Source: Candidatus Hydrogenedentota bacterium
GTDB taxonomy: Bacteria > Hydrogenedentota > Hydrogenedentia > Hydrogenedentales > SLHB01
Length of the DNA stretch: 25,599 nt
NCBI GenBank assembly: GCA_007118235.1
Contig: SKRY01000175.1
Coordinates: forward strand, 1-25,599
Direction: 5' to 3'
Position numbers and translations under genes: made by a program
Part shown: positions 1 to 8,982 of the stretch, piece after piece
Position numbering within the stretch: the first letter of the stretch is position 1
Layout: each line of letters opens with the position of its first letter
Notes under the pieces: model-generated
Seen by the model: only the letters and a program-made list of their open reading frames with translations
What the model was told of the DNA's origin: nothing
The model's database searches: none

Positions 1-133
1 CTTCTTGAAGTGAGCGAAATCCGCCCATATCAATATTGGAATGGTGCACAAAGAGATCCTTGCCGCCATCGTCGGGCACGATAAACCCATAGCCCTTTTC
101 ATCACTGAACCACTTCACAATGCCTGTCGCCAC
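1..133 (-). CDS. cspA: Cold-shock protein (CSD family), 5' part only; runs off the left edge
   Basis: Not in the ORF track; my translation from GTG at 133 is [44 protein letters not shown], containing RNP1 (KGYGFI) and RNP2 (LFVH). RBS GGAGGT at 147-142. Confidence 0.95.
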   Translation of the reverse strand, partial: MATGIVKWFSDEKGYGFIVPDDGGKDLFVHHSNIDMGGFRSLQE

Positions 134-259
134 GTTCAACTACCTCCGTCCTAGGCCTCCATGGTACACTTGGCCGAGACCCTGAGCCTTGCCCCGACAC
201 AGTCACTGGTGGCGCCGCCTCCTCCGGGGCCAAGAGAAGACACCCCACTTATACCTTCC

Positions 260-288
260 ATTACACAATTTTTGACGCCAAATGTCAA
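260..288 (-). promoter_or_regulatory. Sigma70-type promoter of the csp gene
   Basis: TTGACA (288-283), 17-nt spacer, TGTAAT (265-260). Implies a start near 253 and a 5' UTR of about 120 nt, typical of csp mRNAs. Confidence 0.65.
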
Positions 289-553
289 GAGCCAAATCCG
301 GCCAATCAGCGAGTAAGGCCTGTTCGGGAAAGGAACAAAGAAATGTCTTTTCCGCATACGCTTTTCACAACATCTCTCCAGGGCGGATACGCCCGTTGGC
401 TTTATGCCGCGACACCTCTCCAGACGCAACGGCCATGCCCAGCGCTGGAGGCGCGAAGAGCAGCCCACTGAACTCCGTGGGTCCAATGTTGTAATTCGGC
501 GGGCCCTTTGCTAGCATGGGTTCTTTCTGGGGGATGACCATAATGCGCCGACT

Positions 554-1110
554 TGTGGATAACTTGTGGATAATCCCTGGAATTTGGAATGGATGACCGT
601 GCGCGCATGTCCGCCTCAGAAACCCTAACTCACTGTGAGCCTTGAACTTAGCCCATATTTCCGCCGACGCAGCGCATCTTGCGCCGATCGCGTAAGTCCT
701 TATATGACAATAACTTATGCTTTTTCAAACCATCACGGGCAACGCAAAAAGACAGCCGGAATTCCATGTTCCACGGGCTGTGGGAAACTTCCCACAAGAG
801 AGACGAATTACCGCGCCACACCAGCCCAGCGCTTGTGGATAATCACACGCGCCTCCGTGGAACCCTTGCTAAATGGCTCCTGGGGAAAACCATAGCCGGG
901 ATTGTGGAAATCAAGGGGCTTTTCTCCACAGCCCCCCCGGCTGCGTCAGTCGGACGCACGGACGAGGCACACGCCCGGTGGAATCACTGGAAAGAGCCGA
1001 CAACTTATCCACAAGGCTTTTGCAGCGCCAAACCCCTGTTGGGTAAGGACTTAGGGAGTTCTCCACAGTTTCAACACGCCTTACTACGGTGAGTACGGTT
1101 TTTCTAGTTA
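554..1110. other. Chromosomal replication origin (oriC), DnaA-box cluster
   Basis: Four perfect TTATCCACA boxes (554-562, 565-573, 834-842 reverse; 1005-1013 forward). Near-matches at 779-787, 788-796, 903-911, 922-930, 1059-1067, 1068-1076. Lies directly upstream of dnaN; the strand turns strongly G/T-rich from the start of dnaN. Confidence 0.9.
1059..1099 (+). promoter_or_regulatory. Putative basal unwinding element: tandem DnaA boxes, GC motif, DnaA-trio-like repeats
   Basis: TTCTCCACA-GTTTCAACA-CGCC-TTACTACGGTGAGTACGG resembles the B. subtilis box6/box7-GC-CTA-trio layout, followed by an AT-rich stretch. Confidence 0.65.
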
Positions 1111-1169
1111 ATGGAATCCCATAAACACAACAAAAGGTTCAACCGACCTTCAAACGGAGCACCAAAGCA

Positions 1170-2279
1170 ATGAAAATTGAGATATCACGGCAAAACCTTC
1201 TTGAAGCCATTAATAAAGTGAAGAGTGTGGTTCCCCCCCGATCGGCCTTGCCGATATTGTCTCATCTGCTGTTGGAGGCGGAGAGCGACGGCATATTACG
1301 CGTGTCCGCCACGGACTTGAAGGTGGGGATTGAGTGCCAAGCGCCATGTGAGGTGGAGGAGCCGGGAGCATTGACGGTTTCGTCCCAGCGATTGGCGTCC
1401 ATCACGGGAGAATTGCCCGAGCAGTCCATTCGGATAGAACTAAGTGAAAGTAATATTATTAATTTGGAATGCGGGCGCATACGGACAAAGTTGTATAGCA
1501 TGGCGCCGGATGAATTTCCGCCCGTGCGAAAGTTCGAGAGTGTCGATCCCTTGATTTTGAGTCAGAAGGCGCTGAAACGCCTGTTTGCCAAGACGTCGTT
1601 TGCGATATCGAAGGATCAAGCACGGTATACGCTGACGGGCTTGTTATGCGAGATTGGAAATGGCAAGATAACGGCTGTGGCGACGGACAGCCGGCGCATG
1701 AGTGTGTGTATGGATGAGCAGGACGTGCCGGAAGGTTTGAATCATCAAGTAATTATTCCAGGCAAGATGATTCAGGAACTGGAGCGCTTGTTAAGTGATG
1801 AGGGGGAAGTGGAGGTATACATTGATGAGACGCATGCCGGATTCGCGTTTGACTCGGGCCGGTTGGTGACGGCGCTGATTGAGGGAACATTCCCGCAGTA
1901 TGATGCTGTTGTGCCCAAGAAGCATGATAAGGAAGCGCTTATTGACACAACGCAGTTCTTGGAGGCGGTCCGGCGTACGCGGACGATGACGAATGAAAAA
2001 TGGAACTCGGTTCGGTTTTCCTTGGACAAGGGCGAAATGACGTTGAAGGTGGTAACGCCAGAGGTTGGGGAGTATCAAGAGGAGATAGAGGTGGAATACG
2101 ACGGGGAGCCCGTCGAAGTGGCTTTCAATCCCGATTTCATCATGGACGTGGTTCGCCGGATTGAAGAGGACAAGGTGAGCTTTAATGTGAAGGATTCTCA
2201 GAATCCTGGTCTGATTAAGCCGCATTTGGAATCCGCCGAGGATACGTATTTGAATGTTATAATGCCTATACGTATCTAA
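1170..2279 (+). CDS. dnaN: DNA polymerase III beta sliding clamp
   Basis: 369 aa; LPILSHLLLEA, ATDLKVGI, ARYTLTG, VATDSRR, IEGTFPQY, AFNPDFI and the C-terminal VIMPIRI match DnaN. RBS GGAG upstream. Confidence 0.98.
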   Translation: MKIEISRQNLLEAINKVKSVVPPRSALPILSHLLLEAESDGILRVSATDLKVGIECQAPCEVEEPGALTVSSQRLASITGELPEQSIRIELSESNIINLECGRIRTKLYSMAPDEFPPVRKFESVDPLILSQKALKRLFAKTSFAISKDQARYTLTGLLCEIGNGKITAVATDSRRMSVCMDEQDVPEGLNHQVIIPGKMIQELERLLSDEGEVEVYIDETHAGFAFDSGRLVTALIEGTFPQYDAVVPKKHDKEALIDTTQFLEAVRRTRTMTNEKWNSVRFSLDKGEMTLKVVTPEVGEYQEEIEVEYDGEPVEVAFNPDFIMDVVRRIEEDKVSFNVKDSQNPGLIKPHLESAEDTYLNVIMPIRI

Positions 2280-2298
2280 CGTTATCTGGAGGAGATCC

Positions 2299-4770
2299 TT
2301 GTTGACATTTGTTCGAAGCAAGGTATCGTGTTTGGGTAGACTTATGGGGTCCCGCGAGCGAGCGGGGCTCCTGGGTATTATGCTTCTTGCGCTCAGCCTG
2401 CGATTGTATAGGTTGGGCGCGTATGCATTTTGGCAGGATGAGGCGTATAACCTGTTGGTCTCGGAGAATCTGTTCGTCGCGGTGACGGAGGGGGAGTTTG
2501 TATCGAATAATCCGCCTCTGTTCTTCGCGTTGGTGGCGTTGTGGAGGATTTTGGGGTTTGAAGACTCGGAGTTTGGAATGCGGTTGCTTCCGGCTCTGTT
2601 TGGTACAGCCAGTGTGGGGATGATGTATGTGATCGTGCGGCGTTTCTATGGGACGGCCCCGGCGCTCATTTCCGCGTTACTCCTCGCTGTAAGCCCATTG
2701 CACGTATATCACTCGCAGGATTTGAAGGATTATATTCTGTTGACGTTTACTGGGCCGTTGGCTCTGTATTGCTTGTTTCGGGCGTGGGAAACCAACACGG
2801 GATGGGCGTGGACGGGGTATGGCGTGACAGCGGCGTTGGCATGCTACAGCGAGTTGTTTGCGGGACCGTTGTTGTTGGTTGGCAATATCTGGTTTTTGTG
2901 TTCGTTGCGGGGGTATCCAGGGCGATTAAAGGGATGGTTTGTCGCGAATGCGCTCGGCGCATTGAGTTTCGCACCTCAGCTTGGGATTATGTTGTATCGA
3001 GCCAATGTGATGTTGGTTGAGGGACAGGAGTGGTGGTTGGAAGCGCCGGGGTTTATTGATGTAGTGGTGTATATCAAAGCGATGGCGTTTGGTTATTCGG
3101 ATTTGGAGCCCTGGGTGTATCTGGCGTTTACGTTCTTTGTTTCGCTGTGCATGGTGGGGGTGGTGCTGGCGTGGCGGATGAAATGGCGTGAGACATCGTT
3201 CTTGCTTGCCTGGATGGTTGGCGCGTTGGCGATTGTATTTGTGGTGTCGCATATCATTAATAGTATATTCTTGATACGCGCGTTGATAGCGTATGGGTTG
3301 CCGATGTTTGCGTTTGCGGGGGTTGCGTTGAGCAAGTGCGAGATAGCGCTATGGCGCTACACGGCCTTGACAGCGCTCTTGGGATTGGCCGCCATGCCAT
3401 TGTATGAACACTATCAAGGGGAGTATCCGGTAAGTGAGTTCCCGCATCGGCCGGGGGTTCATCCGCCAAAGGAGTTCGATAAGGTGGCCGAATATATATC
3501 CGAGCAGTGGAGAGACGGAGATATAGTAATTCATAGTGGTCCAAATACATGGATATCTTTGTATTGGTATGGGTTAAGGGATAGAACCGGATATTATGTG
3601 GGAGTTCGCAGGGGTTTTCTTGAGTACTTCTGGGCTGGCAATGTTCCAACAACAGATAGAGATCTGTATCAAGGGATTTTCGCCCAGGCCCCACAAGGTC
3701 TCTTTGAAGGGAAAGGGCGTGCGTGGTTGGTCTTTACAGAGTGGGAGCGGGAGTATTTATCGGGTAATGCGCTGGACGTATGGAGATGGATGGATTCTAG
3801 GTTCACCCAAGTTGGCTATAAGGACTTCATGGGGATAGAGCTGTATGAGTATCAGGTGGAGGCGGACCCGGCCATCCGCACAGTACGCCGGGACTGCGAT
3901 AATGGTGTGACGCGCTGGGTGGAATATGAGGGAGAAATCACCGGAACGCATGAACATAGGGATCCGGACATTGGTTTGATTCCGGCTCCCGTGGAGGACC
4001 GCCGGGGGAATTTGGTGGTGCGTTTTGAGGATGTGGGGGAAAATGCAGGTGGTGAGGAGCAACATTTCGGAGAGAGAGCATTCTCGGTTAGGAATAGAGG
4101 GGAGGATCCCGTTCGGGCCCGAATAGAAGTGCTTCCGAATGATGGGTTGTGGCGAGCGGCGAGTGCGTACCGGCGCGAACCCTTGTGTCGGGTTTGGAAT
4201 GTGACGGGAATGAGTGTGGTGGGGGAAGGCCCGGAGGAGTGGCCAATAGCAGTATTGGGGGCGGGTATGGATGAAGGTATCGATGAAAAGGAGGCGTGGG
4301 CGCGTTTCTATTCGTTGAATCCTGGGCAATACGGTACGTGGATATATAGCAGGGGACGGCCATTGGAGGATGAAACGCGCCGGACGGATATTCGGATTGA
4401 GGCGAATGGGGTGGATATATCAACACCGATGCCAAGGAGTGGAGAAGAATACGGGGATTGGCGTTGGTTCCGGGGAGATGATATATCTATTGGTGAAGAG
4501 GAAGAATACCTGGACTTAGTATTAACGGCCATCAGAAATCTAGCGTTCGATACGAGTTGGTTTGATATTGGTTATATTGCGTTTATGAGGAAGAATTCGG
4601 AAGCAAACAGCGATATCTTGATGCAGTCGCCGGGATACGTGGAACTGGAACCCGGGGAAACGGTGAGTTGGCCGGTTTTCCTTGAGGAGGGTCGTTCACG
4701 GCTCGATATTTGGGTATACGAGAAGGAGAAAGATGGCAAGGCGTATTGGATTTTTGAGGAAGTGCAGTGA
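2299..4770 (+). CDS. GT-C fold membrane glycosyltransferase (ArnT/PMT-like) with a long extracytoplasmic C-terminal region
   Basis: 823 aa; RLYRLG..FWQDE, NNPPLFF, EFGMRLLPALFG, SPLHVYHSQDLKDY motifs; many TM helices to about aa 370, then a soluble region. Start uncertain (TTG 2299 or 2302 after GGAGGAG, or ATG 2344). Confidence 0.85.
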   Translation: MLTFVRSKVSCLGRLMGSRERAGLLGIMLLALSLRLYRLGAYAFWQDEAYNLLVSENLFVAVTEGEFVSNNPPLFFALVALWRILGFEDSEFGMRLLPALFGTASVGMMYVIVRRFYGTAPALISALLLAVSPLHVYHSQDLKDYILLTFTGPLALYCLFRAWETNTGWAWTGYGVTAALACYSELFAGPLLLVGNIWFLCSLRGYPGRLKGWFVANALGALSFAPQLGIMLYRANVMLVEGQEWWLEAPGFIDVVVYIKAMAFGYSDLEPWVYLAFTFFVSLCMVGVVLAWRMKWRETSFLLAWMVGALAIVFVVSHIINSIFLIRALIAYGLPMFAFAGVALSKCEIALWRYTALTALLGLAAMPLYEHYQGEYPVSEFPHRPGVHPPKEFDKVAEYISEQWRDGDIVIHSGPNTWISLYWYGLRDRTGYYVGVRRGFLEYFWAGNVPTTDRDLYQGIFAQAPQGLFEGKGRAWLVFTEWEREYLSGNALDVWRWMDSRFTQVGYKDFMGIELYEYQVEADPAIRTVRRDCDNGVTRWVEYEGEITGTHEHRDPDIGLIPAPVEDRRGNLVVRFEDVGENAGGEEQHFGERAFSVRNRGEDPVRARIEVLPNDGLWRAASAYRREPLCRVWNVTGMSVVGEGPEEWPIAVLGAGMDEGIDEKEAWARFYSLNPGQYGTWIYSRGRPLEDETRRTDIRIEANGVDISTPMPRSGEEYGDWRWFRGDDISIGEEEEYLDLVLTAIRNLAFDTSWFDIGYIAFMRKNSEANSDILMQSPGYVELEPGETVSWPVFLEEGRSRLDIWVYEKEKDGKAYWIFEEVQ

Positions 4771-4815
4771 TGGTGTTGCATGGAGAGCGCCGGATAGGGA
4801 TAAGAGAGTCGTGAA

Positions 4816-7092
4816 GTGAGTGTGTTAAGCGGGACAAGTGGGCGTTATGGAATGACGCCCTTTTTTTTGGTGGCGTTGCTTTTTGTCGCGGCGGCTCCAA
4901 CGTTTTGGCATCTCGTGGAGATTCAACAGGTGGATCTTCCGGAAGCGTCGGAGAATGCGGAACTCTATCAAGAAATTGAACCCGTTCTAAGTTACGGTGG
5001 TGAACGGCTGCGGGCGGGAGAATTTCCTGCTTGGAATGAGCGGCAATGGATGGGAGAGCCGTTTCTGGCGAATCCGGCCCATGGCGTGTTTCAGCCCTTG
5101 CATGGTTGGGCGTTTTTTGTGCCCAGGGAACGGGCGTTGGCGATCCATGCGTTCGTATCGCTGGTGCTCATGGGGCTGTTCTTTGTGCTTCTTGGCCGGT
5201 CGCTGGGTGTAGGATATCTTCCAGCCGTCATAGGGGCGCTGACCTATACATTTTGTGGGGCTTCAGCGGCGGCGATGTCGCGGCCTGACCTGGCTTCGGT
5301 GTTGGTGTGGAGTCCATTGTTGCTGTGGGCCATTCGGGAGTGGGTGCGGCTCGGGCGGCGAAGCATGGGGGTGTTGGCGGGTCTCGCGGGCGGGTTGATC
5401 CTGGTTAGCGGCTCTGTGGCGATGGCAATGGCGGTATTTGTGTTGGCGGCGCCTTATGCTGTTTGGGTGAGCACATTCCTGGCGGAGGAAGGGAGGCAAA
5501 CAGGTCTCGCGGGAAGAGGCGCGGGGCTGGCGTTGGCGGTTGTCGTGGCCTGTGTGGTTGGGGCCGTGCAGTGGGCGCCCGGCATCTTGTGGATACTGGA
5601 AGGGCGGGCTGTGGAAAACGTGTGGAATGCCCGCGCCGCGGCGCAACTGCCGAGGACAGGAGAGGACCTTCTGACGCAAATCTTGTCGGCTACTCCGGGC
5701 GCGCTGCCTCGGATCGGATACGTTGGCGCCTTACCATTGCTGCTGGCGTCAGTAGCGGTGTTTCACAAGGGAGGCGGGCGGGACGCGTGGTTCTTCTTGT
5801 TCATGGGGCTGGTTCTGACGGGATTGGCGTTCATGGCGCCTTGGGGCGAGGCAAGCCGTCACTTTCCGTGGTGGGTGGCGGCTTATCCCGTTGTGCTAGC
5901 CGTGGCCGTGTTGACGGCCTTGGGGGCGGATCGACTCATTCCGGCTAGGCGGCACGTATATTTGTCGTCGCTTATTCCGCCGGTGATTCTGGTAATGTTT
6001 GTGTTTGTTGGGGTTTTTGTCGTGGCGGGCGCGCAGATCCGGGGATATCTAATCGCGTTTGCTGTGCTGACCATCCCGGCTCTGTTTGTGCGGCGGTGGT
6101 GGATGGCTCGTGGTGTGTGGGTGTGTTGGATGATTCTCCTGTTCGCGGATCTTACAGCGGCTAGCGTGAACGCGTATCTGCATCCTTTTCAAGATGGTGA
6201 GGTGAGACGGGAGCGGCTAGAGCGGCTGGCGGCTGTGGCGGAGGAGTATGTGGGAGACGGGCGGGTGTTTGTCGCCGCGCATCCCAATGATGTCGCGCTG
6301 CCGCGGAACATCGGGTTGCTGACGGGGCTTCGGGTGGTGAATGGGACGGGAGCGGGATATCCGGACGAACATGCGGCGTGGTGGAGACGTATACCCGGTC
6401 ATGGCGCGGAGGAAGAAGGAGAAGACAACGACCTATTGCCTGGGGCGAGGCTGCTGCGGTATGCGGGCGCGCGCGTGATTCTGGTGGGACGAGACGCGGC
6501 GCTGAACGAGGAGGAGTGGGCGGAGGCGTTGCCGGGGCTGCGGGTGGTGGGGGGAGACGCGCTTACGGTGGCCTTGTTGGATGAGCGCGCATTGCCGTGG
6601 GCGACGTGGTATACGGAATGGGAAGTGGAGCCAGATCTTGAACGGACAGTGGAGCGAATGCTCGATCCGGGATTTCCTTTTGGCCGCCGGTGTATAGTGG
6701 AGGCGTCTCCAAGGGCGCCTGATGAGGACCCCGAATTCGTGACCGCGAACGGTGTGGACCCCGTCCCGGGAACGGCGGGCGGGAATGCATTCCGGATTGA
6801 AATACGGCAAAGGGATCCGGAACGTATCGTGCTGGAAGTGGAGAGCGGTTCGGAGGGCGTTCTTGTACTGGCGGATCAGTATGATCGCAATTGGAGAGCA
6901 GAAGCCAACGGAGAGCCGGTCCGCATCGTGCGAACCAATGGGATCTTTCGAGGAATTGCGTTGGACGCTGGAGAACATGAAATCGTGTTGGAATATGCGC
7001 CGCGTGCGTTACAAATAGGATTGTGGATATCAATAGTAGGGTTAAGTGTATTAGTTATCGCTGGATGGATTGGTGTCGCACGCGCTATATAG
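4816..7092 (+). CDS. YfhO-like polytopic membrane protein (putative GT-C glycosyltransferase)
   Basis: 758 aa; N-terminal PAWN...GEPFLANP..GVFQPL and C-terminal LVLADQYDRNWRAEANG..VRIVRTNGIFRGIAL..GEHEIVLEYAP plus a final TM helix, typical of YfhO. Confidence 0.8.
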   Translation: MSVLSGTSGRYGMTPFFLVALLFVAAAPTFWHLVEIQQVDLPEASENAELYQEIEPVLSYGGERLRAGEFPAWNERQWMGEPFLANPAHGVFQPLHGWAFFVPRERALAIHAFVSLVLMGLFFVLLGRSLGVGYLPAVIGALTYTFCGASAAAMSRPDLASVLVWSPLLLWAIREWVRLGRRSMGVLAGLAGGLILVSGSVAMAMAVFVLAAPYAVWVSTFLAEEGRQTGLAGRGAGLALAVVVACVVGAVQWAPGILWILEGRAVENVWNARAAAQLPRTGEDLLTQILSATPGALPRIGYVGALPLLLASVAVFHKGGGRDAWFFLFMGLVLTGLAFMAPWGEASRHFPWWVAAYPVVLAVAVLTALGADRLIPARRHVYLSSLIPPVILVMFVFVGVFVVAGAQIRGYLIAFAVLTIPALFVRRWWMARGVWVCWMILLFADLTAASVNAYLHPFQDGEVRRERLERLAAVAEEYVGDGRVFVAAHPNDVALPRNIGLLTGLRVVNGTGAGYPDEHAAWWRRIPGHGAEEEGEDNDLLPGARLLRYAGARVILVGRDAALNEEEWAEALPGLRVVGGDALTVALLDERALPWATWYTEWEVEPDLERTVERMLDPGFPFGRRCIVEASPRAPDEDPEFVTANGVDPVPGTAGGNAFRIEIRQRDPERIVLEVESGSEGVLVLADQYDRNWRAEANGEPVRIVRTNGIFRGIALDAGEHEIVLEYAPRALQIGLWISIVGLSVLVIAGWIGVARAI

Positions 7093-7131
7093 AACTACAG
7101 GGTATTGATAAATACTATAAGCGGAGTGTGA

Positions 7132-8013
7132 GTGGATACACATACGGATAAAGGTGTGATCCGGATTGGTCCCGCCGGGTGGTTGTATCGCGATTGGGAA
7201 GGCAAGGTGTATCCCCCCGGCATGCCGAGGTCCATGCATCCCTTGAGCCTGTTGTGCCGGTATTTTGATATAGTCGAGATCAATAGTACGTTTTATGCTC
7301 CGGCGCAACCACGAAATGCGGTGGTTTGGATGGAAAAGGTAGCGGACAATCCGGCGTTTCGCTTTAGCGCAAAGCTGTGGCGGCGGTTCACGCATGAAGC
7401 TGCCACAAGACTAACGGAAACGGATGTCGAGGCCTATTGCAACGGACTGGCTCCCCTGGCGGAGGGAGAACGCTTGAGCGCCGTACTGGTCCAGTTTCCC
7501 TGGAGTTTTCGGCGCACGGAGGCCAATCGGTTGTGGCTTGCGCGGCTGCTGGATACCTTCTCCATGTATCCGCTCGCCGTCGAGTTTCGTCACGCATCTT
7601 GGGATAGGCCCGAGGTATACGAAGGGTTGCTGGAACGCAACGTGGCGTTTTGCAATATTGATCAGCCGCTGTTTGGCGATTCACTTGCGCCAGGGGAAGC
7701 AGTGACGTCGTCGCTGGCGTATGTCCGATTTCACGGACGTAACAAGACGAATTGGTTCCGGGAGGAGGCCGGGCGAGATGAGCGCTACGATTACCTGTAC
7801 ACGGAGGAGGAATTGACCCCTTGGCTGGAACGCATCAAGCGCATGCGAGAGAAGGCCGGCGAGGTACTGGTGATCACCAACAATCACTTCGAGGGTCAGG
7901 CGGTCGTGAATGGGCTGGAATTGGCCCATGGCCTCAATAGGAAAACGCCACCGTTGCCGGAGAGCCTTGTATATGCTTGGCCTCGCCTACGGAAACTGAT
8001 GAGTAAGGAATGA
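7132..8013 (+). CDS. DUF72 family protein (YecE-like TIM barrel)
   Basis: IRIGPAGWLYRDWEG..YP, VEINSTFY, FSAKL, LVQFPWSF, AVEFRHASW, AYVRFHGRN, YDYLY..EEL and ITNNH match the DUF72 pattern. Confidence 0.92.
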   Translation: MDTHTDKGVIRIGPAGWLYRDWEGKVYPPGMPRSMHPLSLLCRYFDIVEINSTFYAPAQPRNAVVWMEKVADNPAFRFSAKLWRRFTHEAATRLTETDVEAYCNGLAPLAEGERLSAVLVQFPWSFRRTEANRLWLARLLDTFSMYPLAVEFRHASWDRPEVYEGLLERNVAFCNIDQPLFGDSLAPGEAVTSSLAYVRFHGRNKTNWFREEAGRDERYDYLYTEEELTPWLERIKRMREKAGEVLVITNNHFEGQAVVNGLELAHGLNRKTPPLPESLVYAWPRLRKLMSKE

Positions 8014-8023
8014 GGGACGCGAA

Positions 8024-8878
8024 ATGCCTCAAGCAGCGGCGTCAAGCAAAGAGGCTCTGCAGACGATTTGGCGCATAACCGGCGCCATCGTGTTAGTCAG
8101 TCTGGGGATCGTAATCGCACGGGGGTATTTGGCCGGAGAACGAGAGGGGGTTCGTTTCGAGGAAGCCGTGGAGAGAATGCTCGCTCTCTATGATGAGGAT
8201 CCCCAAGCCCGTAGGCCGGAAACGCGGGAAGCCATCGAGCGGATGGCAAACATAGCTCGGGAAGATCCCGCCAATGCCCCTGCGGAAGCCTATTTCGCGC
8301 TTGGGGTGCTTCTGGATGGGCAGGGGCTGCTTGAGGAGGCGGAGGCCGCATACCGCGAAGCGATTTTGCGGGACCCCGAGTGGGGCCGTTCGTATTATGG
8401 GTTGGGGGTGGTGCTTCGTCAGATGGAGCGGATTGAAGAGGCCGAGGACTCTTTGCGCCAAGCAATCGCGCTTGAGCCGGGGTGGAGCCGGGGACATAAT
8501 GGACTCGCCATTCTCCTGCGGATGACCGGCCGAATGGAGGAGGCGCGGGAACGGGCGAAGCGGGCGGTGGAACTCGCGCCGAATAATGTGGCGTCCCGGA
8601 ACAACTACGGAAATCTGCTGGTGCGTCTTGAGCGGTACGATGAGGCTGTGGAACAGTACCGTGTGGCGATTTCCGTGGCGCCCGATCACCCAGCTCCCTA
8701 CTACAACTTGGCGTGTGTGAGTAGTCTGCAGGGAAACCATGAGGCGGCCTACGAGTATTTGGGGCAGGCCATCGCGTTGGACCCGGTATTCAGGGAACAA
8801 GCGCTTAAGGACGCCGATTTGGACGCGATTAGGGATGAACCGGAATTTCGAGCATTGGTGTATGATGAGGATGAGTGA
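8024..8878 (+). CDS. Membrane-anchored TPR protein
   Basis: N-terminal TM helix (ITGAIVLVSLGIVIA); five 34-aa TPRs; last unit YNLACVSSLQG...AIALDP.FRE.A..D.D...IR of the TPR end-of-group type. Confidence 0.9.
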   Translation: MPQAAASSKEALQTIWRITGAIVLVSLGIVIARGYLAGEREGVRFEEAVERMLALYDEDPQARRPETREAIERMANIAREDPANAPAEAYFALGVLLDGQGLLEEAEAAYREAILRDPEWGRSYYGLGVVLRQMERIEEAEDSLRQAIALEPGWSRGHNGLAILLRMTGRMEEARERAKRAVELAPNNVASRNNYGNLLVRLERYDEAVEQYRVAISVAPDHPAPYYNLACVSSLQGNHEAAYEYLGQAIALDPVFREQALKDADLDAIRDEPEFRALVYDEDE

Positions 8879-8914
8879 GGTGTGAGGAAATAGGCGGACA
8901 GGACGCGCCGCGAC

Positions 8915-8965
8915 AAGGACATCCCCCTGAACAGTCTCGCCGTGAGAGGTTCAAGGGGATGTCTT
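8915..8965. terminator. Long imperfect inverted repeat between convergent genes; probable bidirectional terminator
   Basis: AAGGACATCCCCCTGAAC (8915-8932) pairs with GTTCAAGGGGATGTCTT (8949-8965), with an inner TCTC/GAGA stem. Confidence 0.55.
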
Positions 8966-8982
8966 ATGTTTGAGAGGCGGGG

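Noticed and set aside
766-780. TGTTCCACG resembling a parS half-site inside oriC
   Set aside because: The second half is absent; better read as a degenerate DnaA box.
151-1092. ORF-track ORFs at 151-486, 282-494, 402-608, 635-895 and 679-1092
   Set aside because: No recognisable motifs or RBS; they overlap the csp leader/promoter and the DnaA-box cluster, which explain the sequence.
8920-8960. CCTTGAACC/GGTTCAAGG-like words reminiscent of 6S RNA
   Set aside because: The arms are only about 15 nt apart, leaving no room for the central bubble and inner stem of a 6S RNA.
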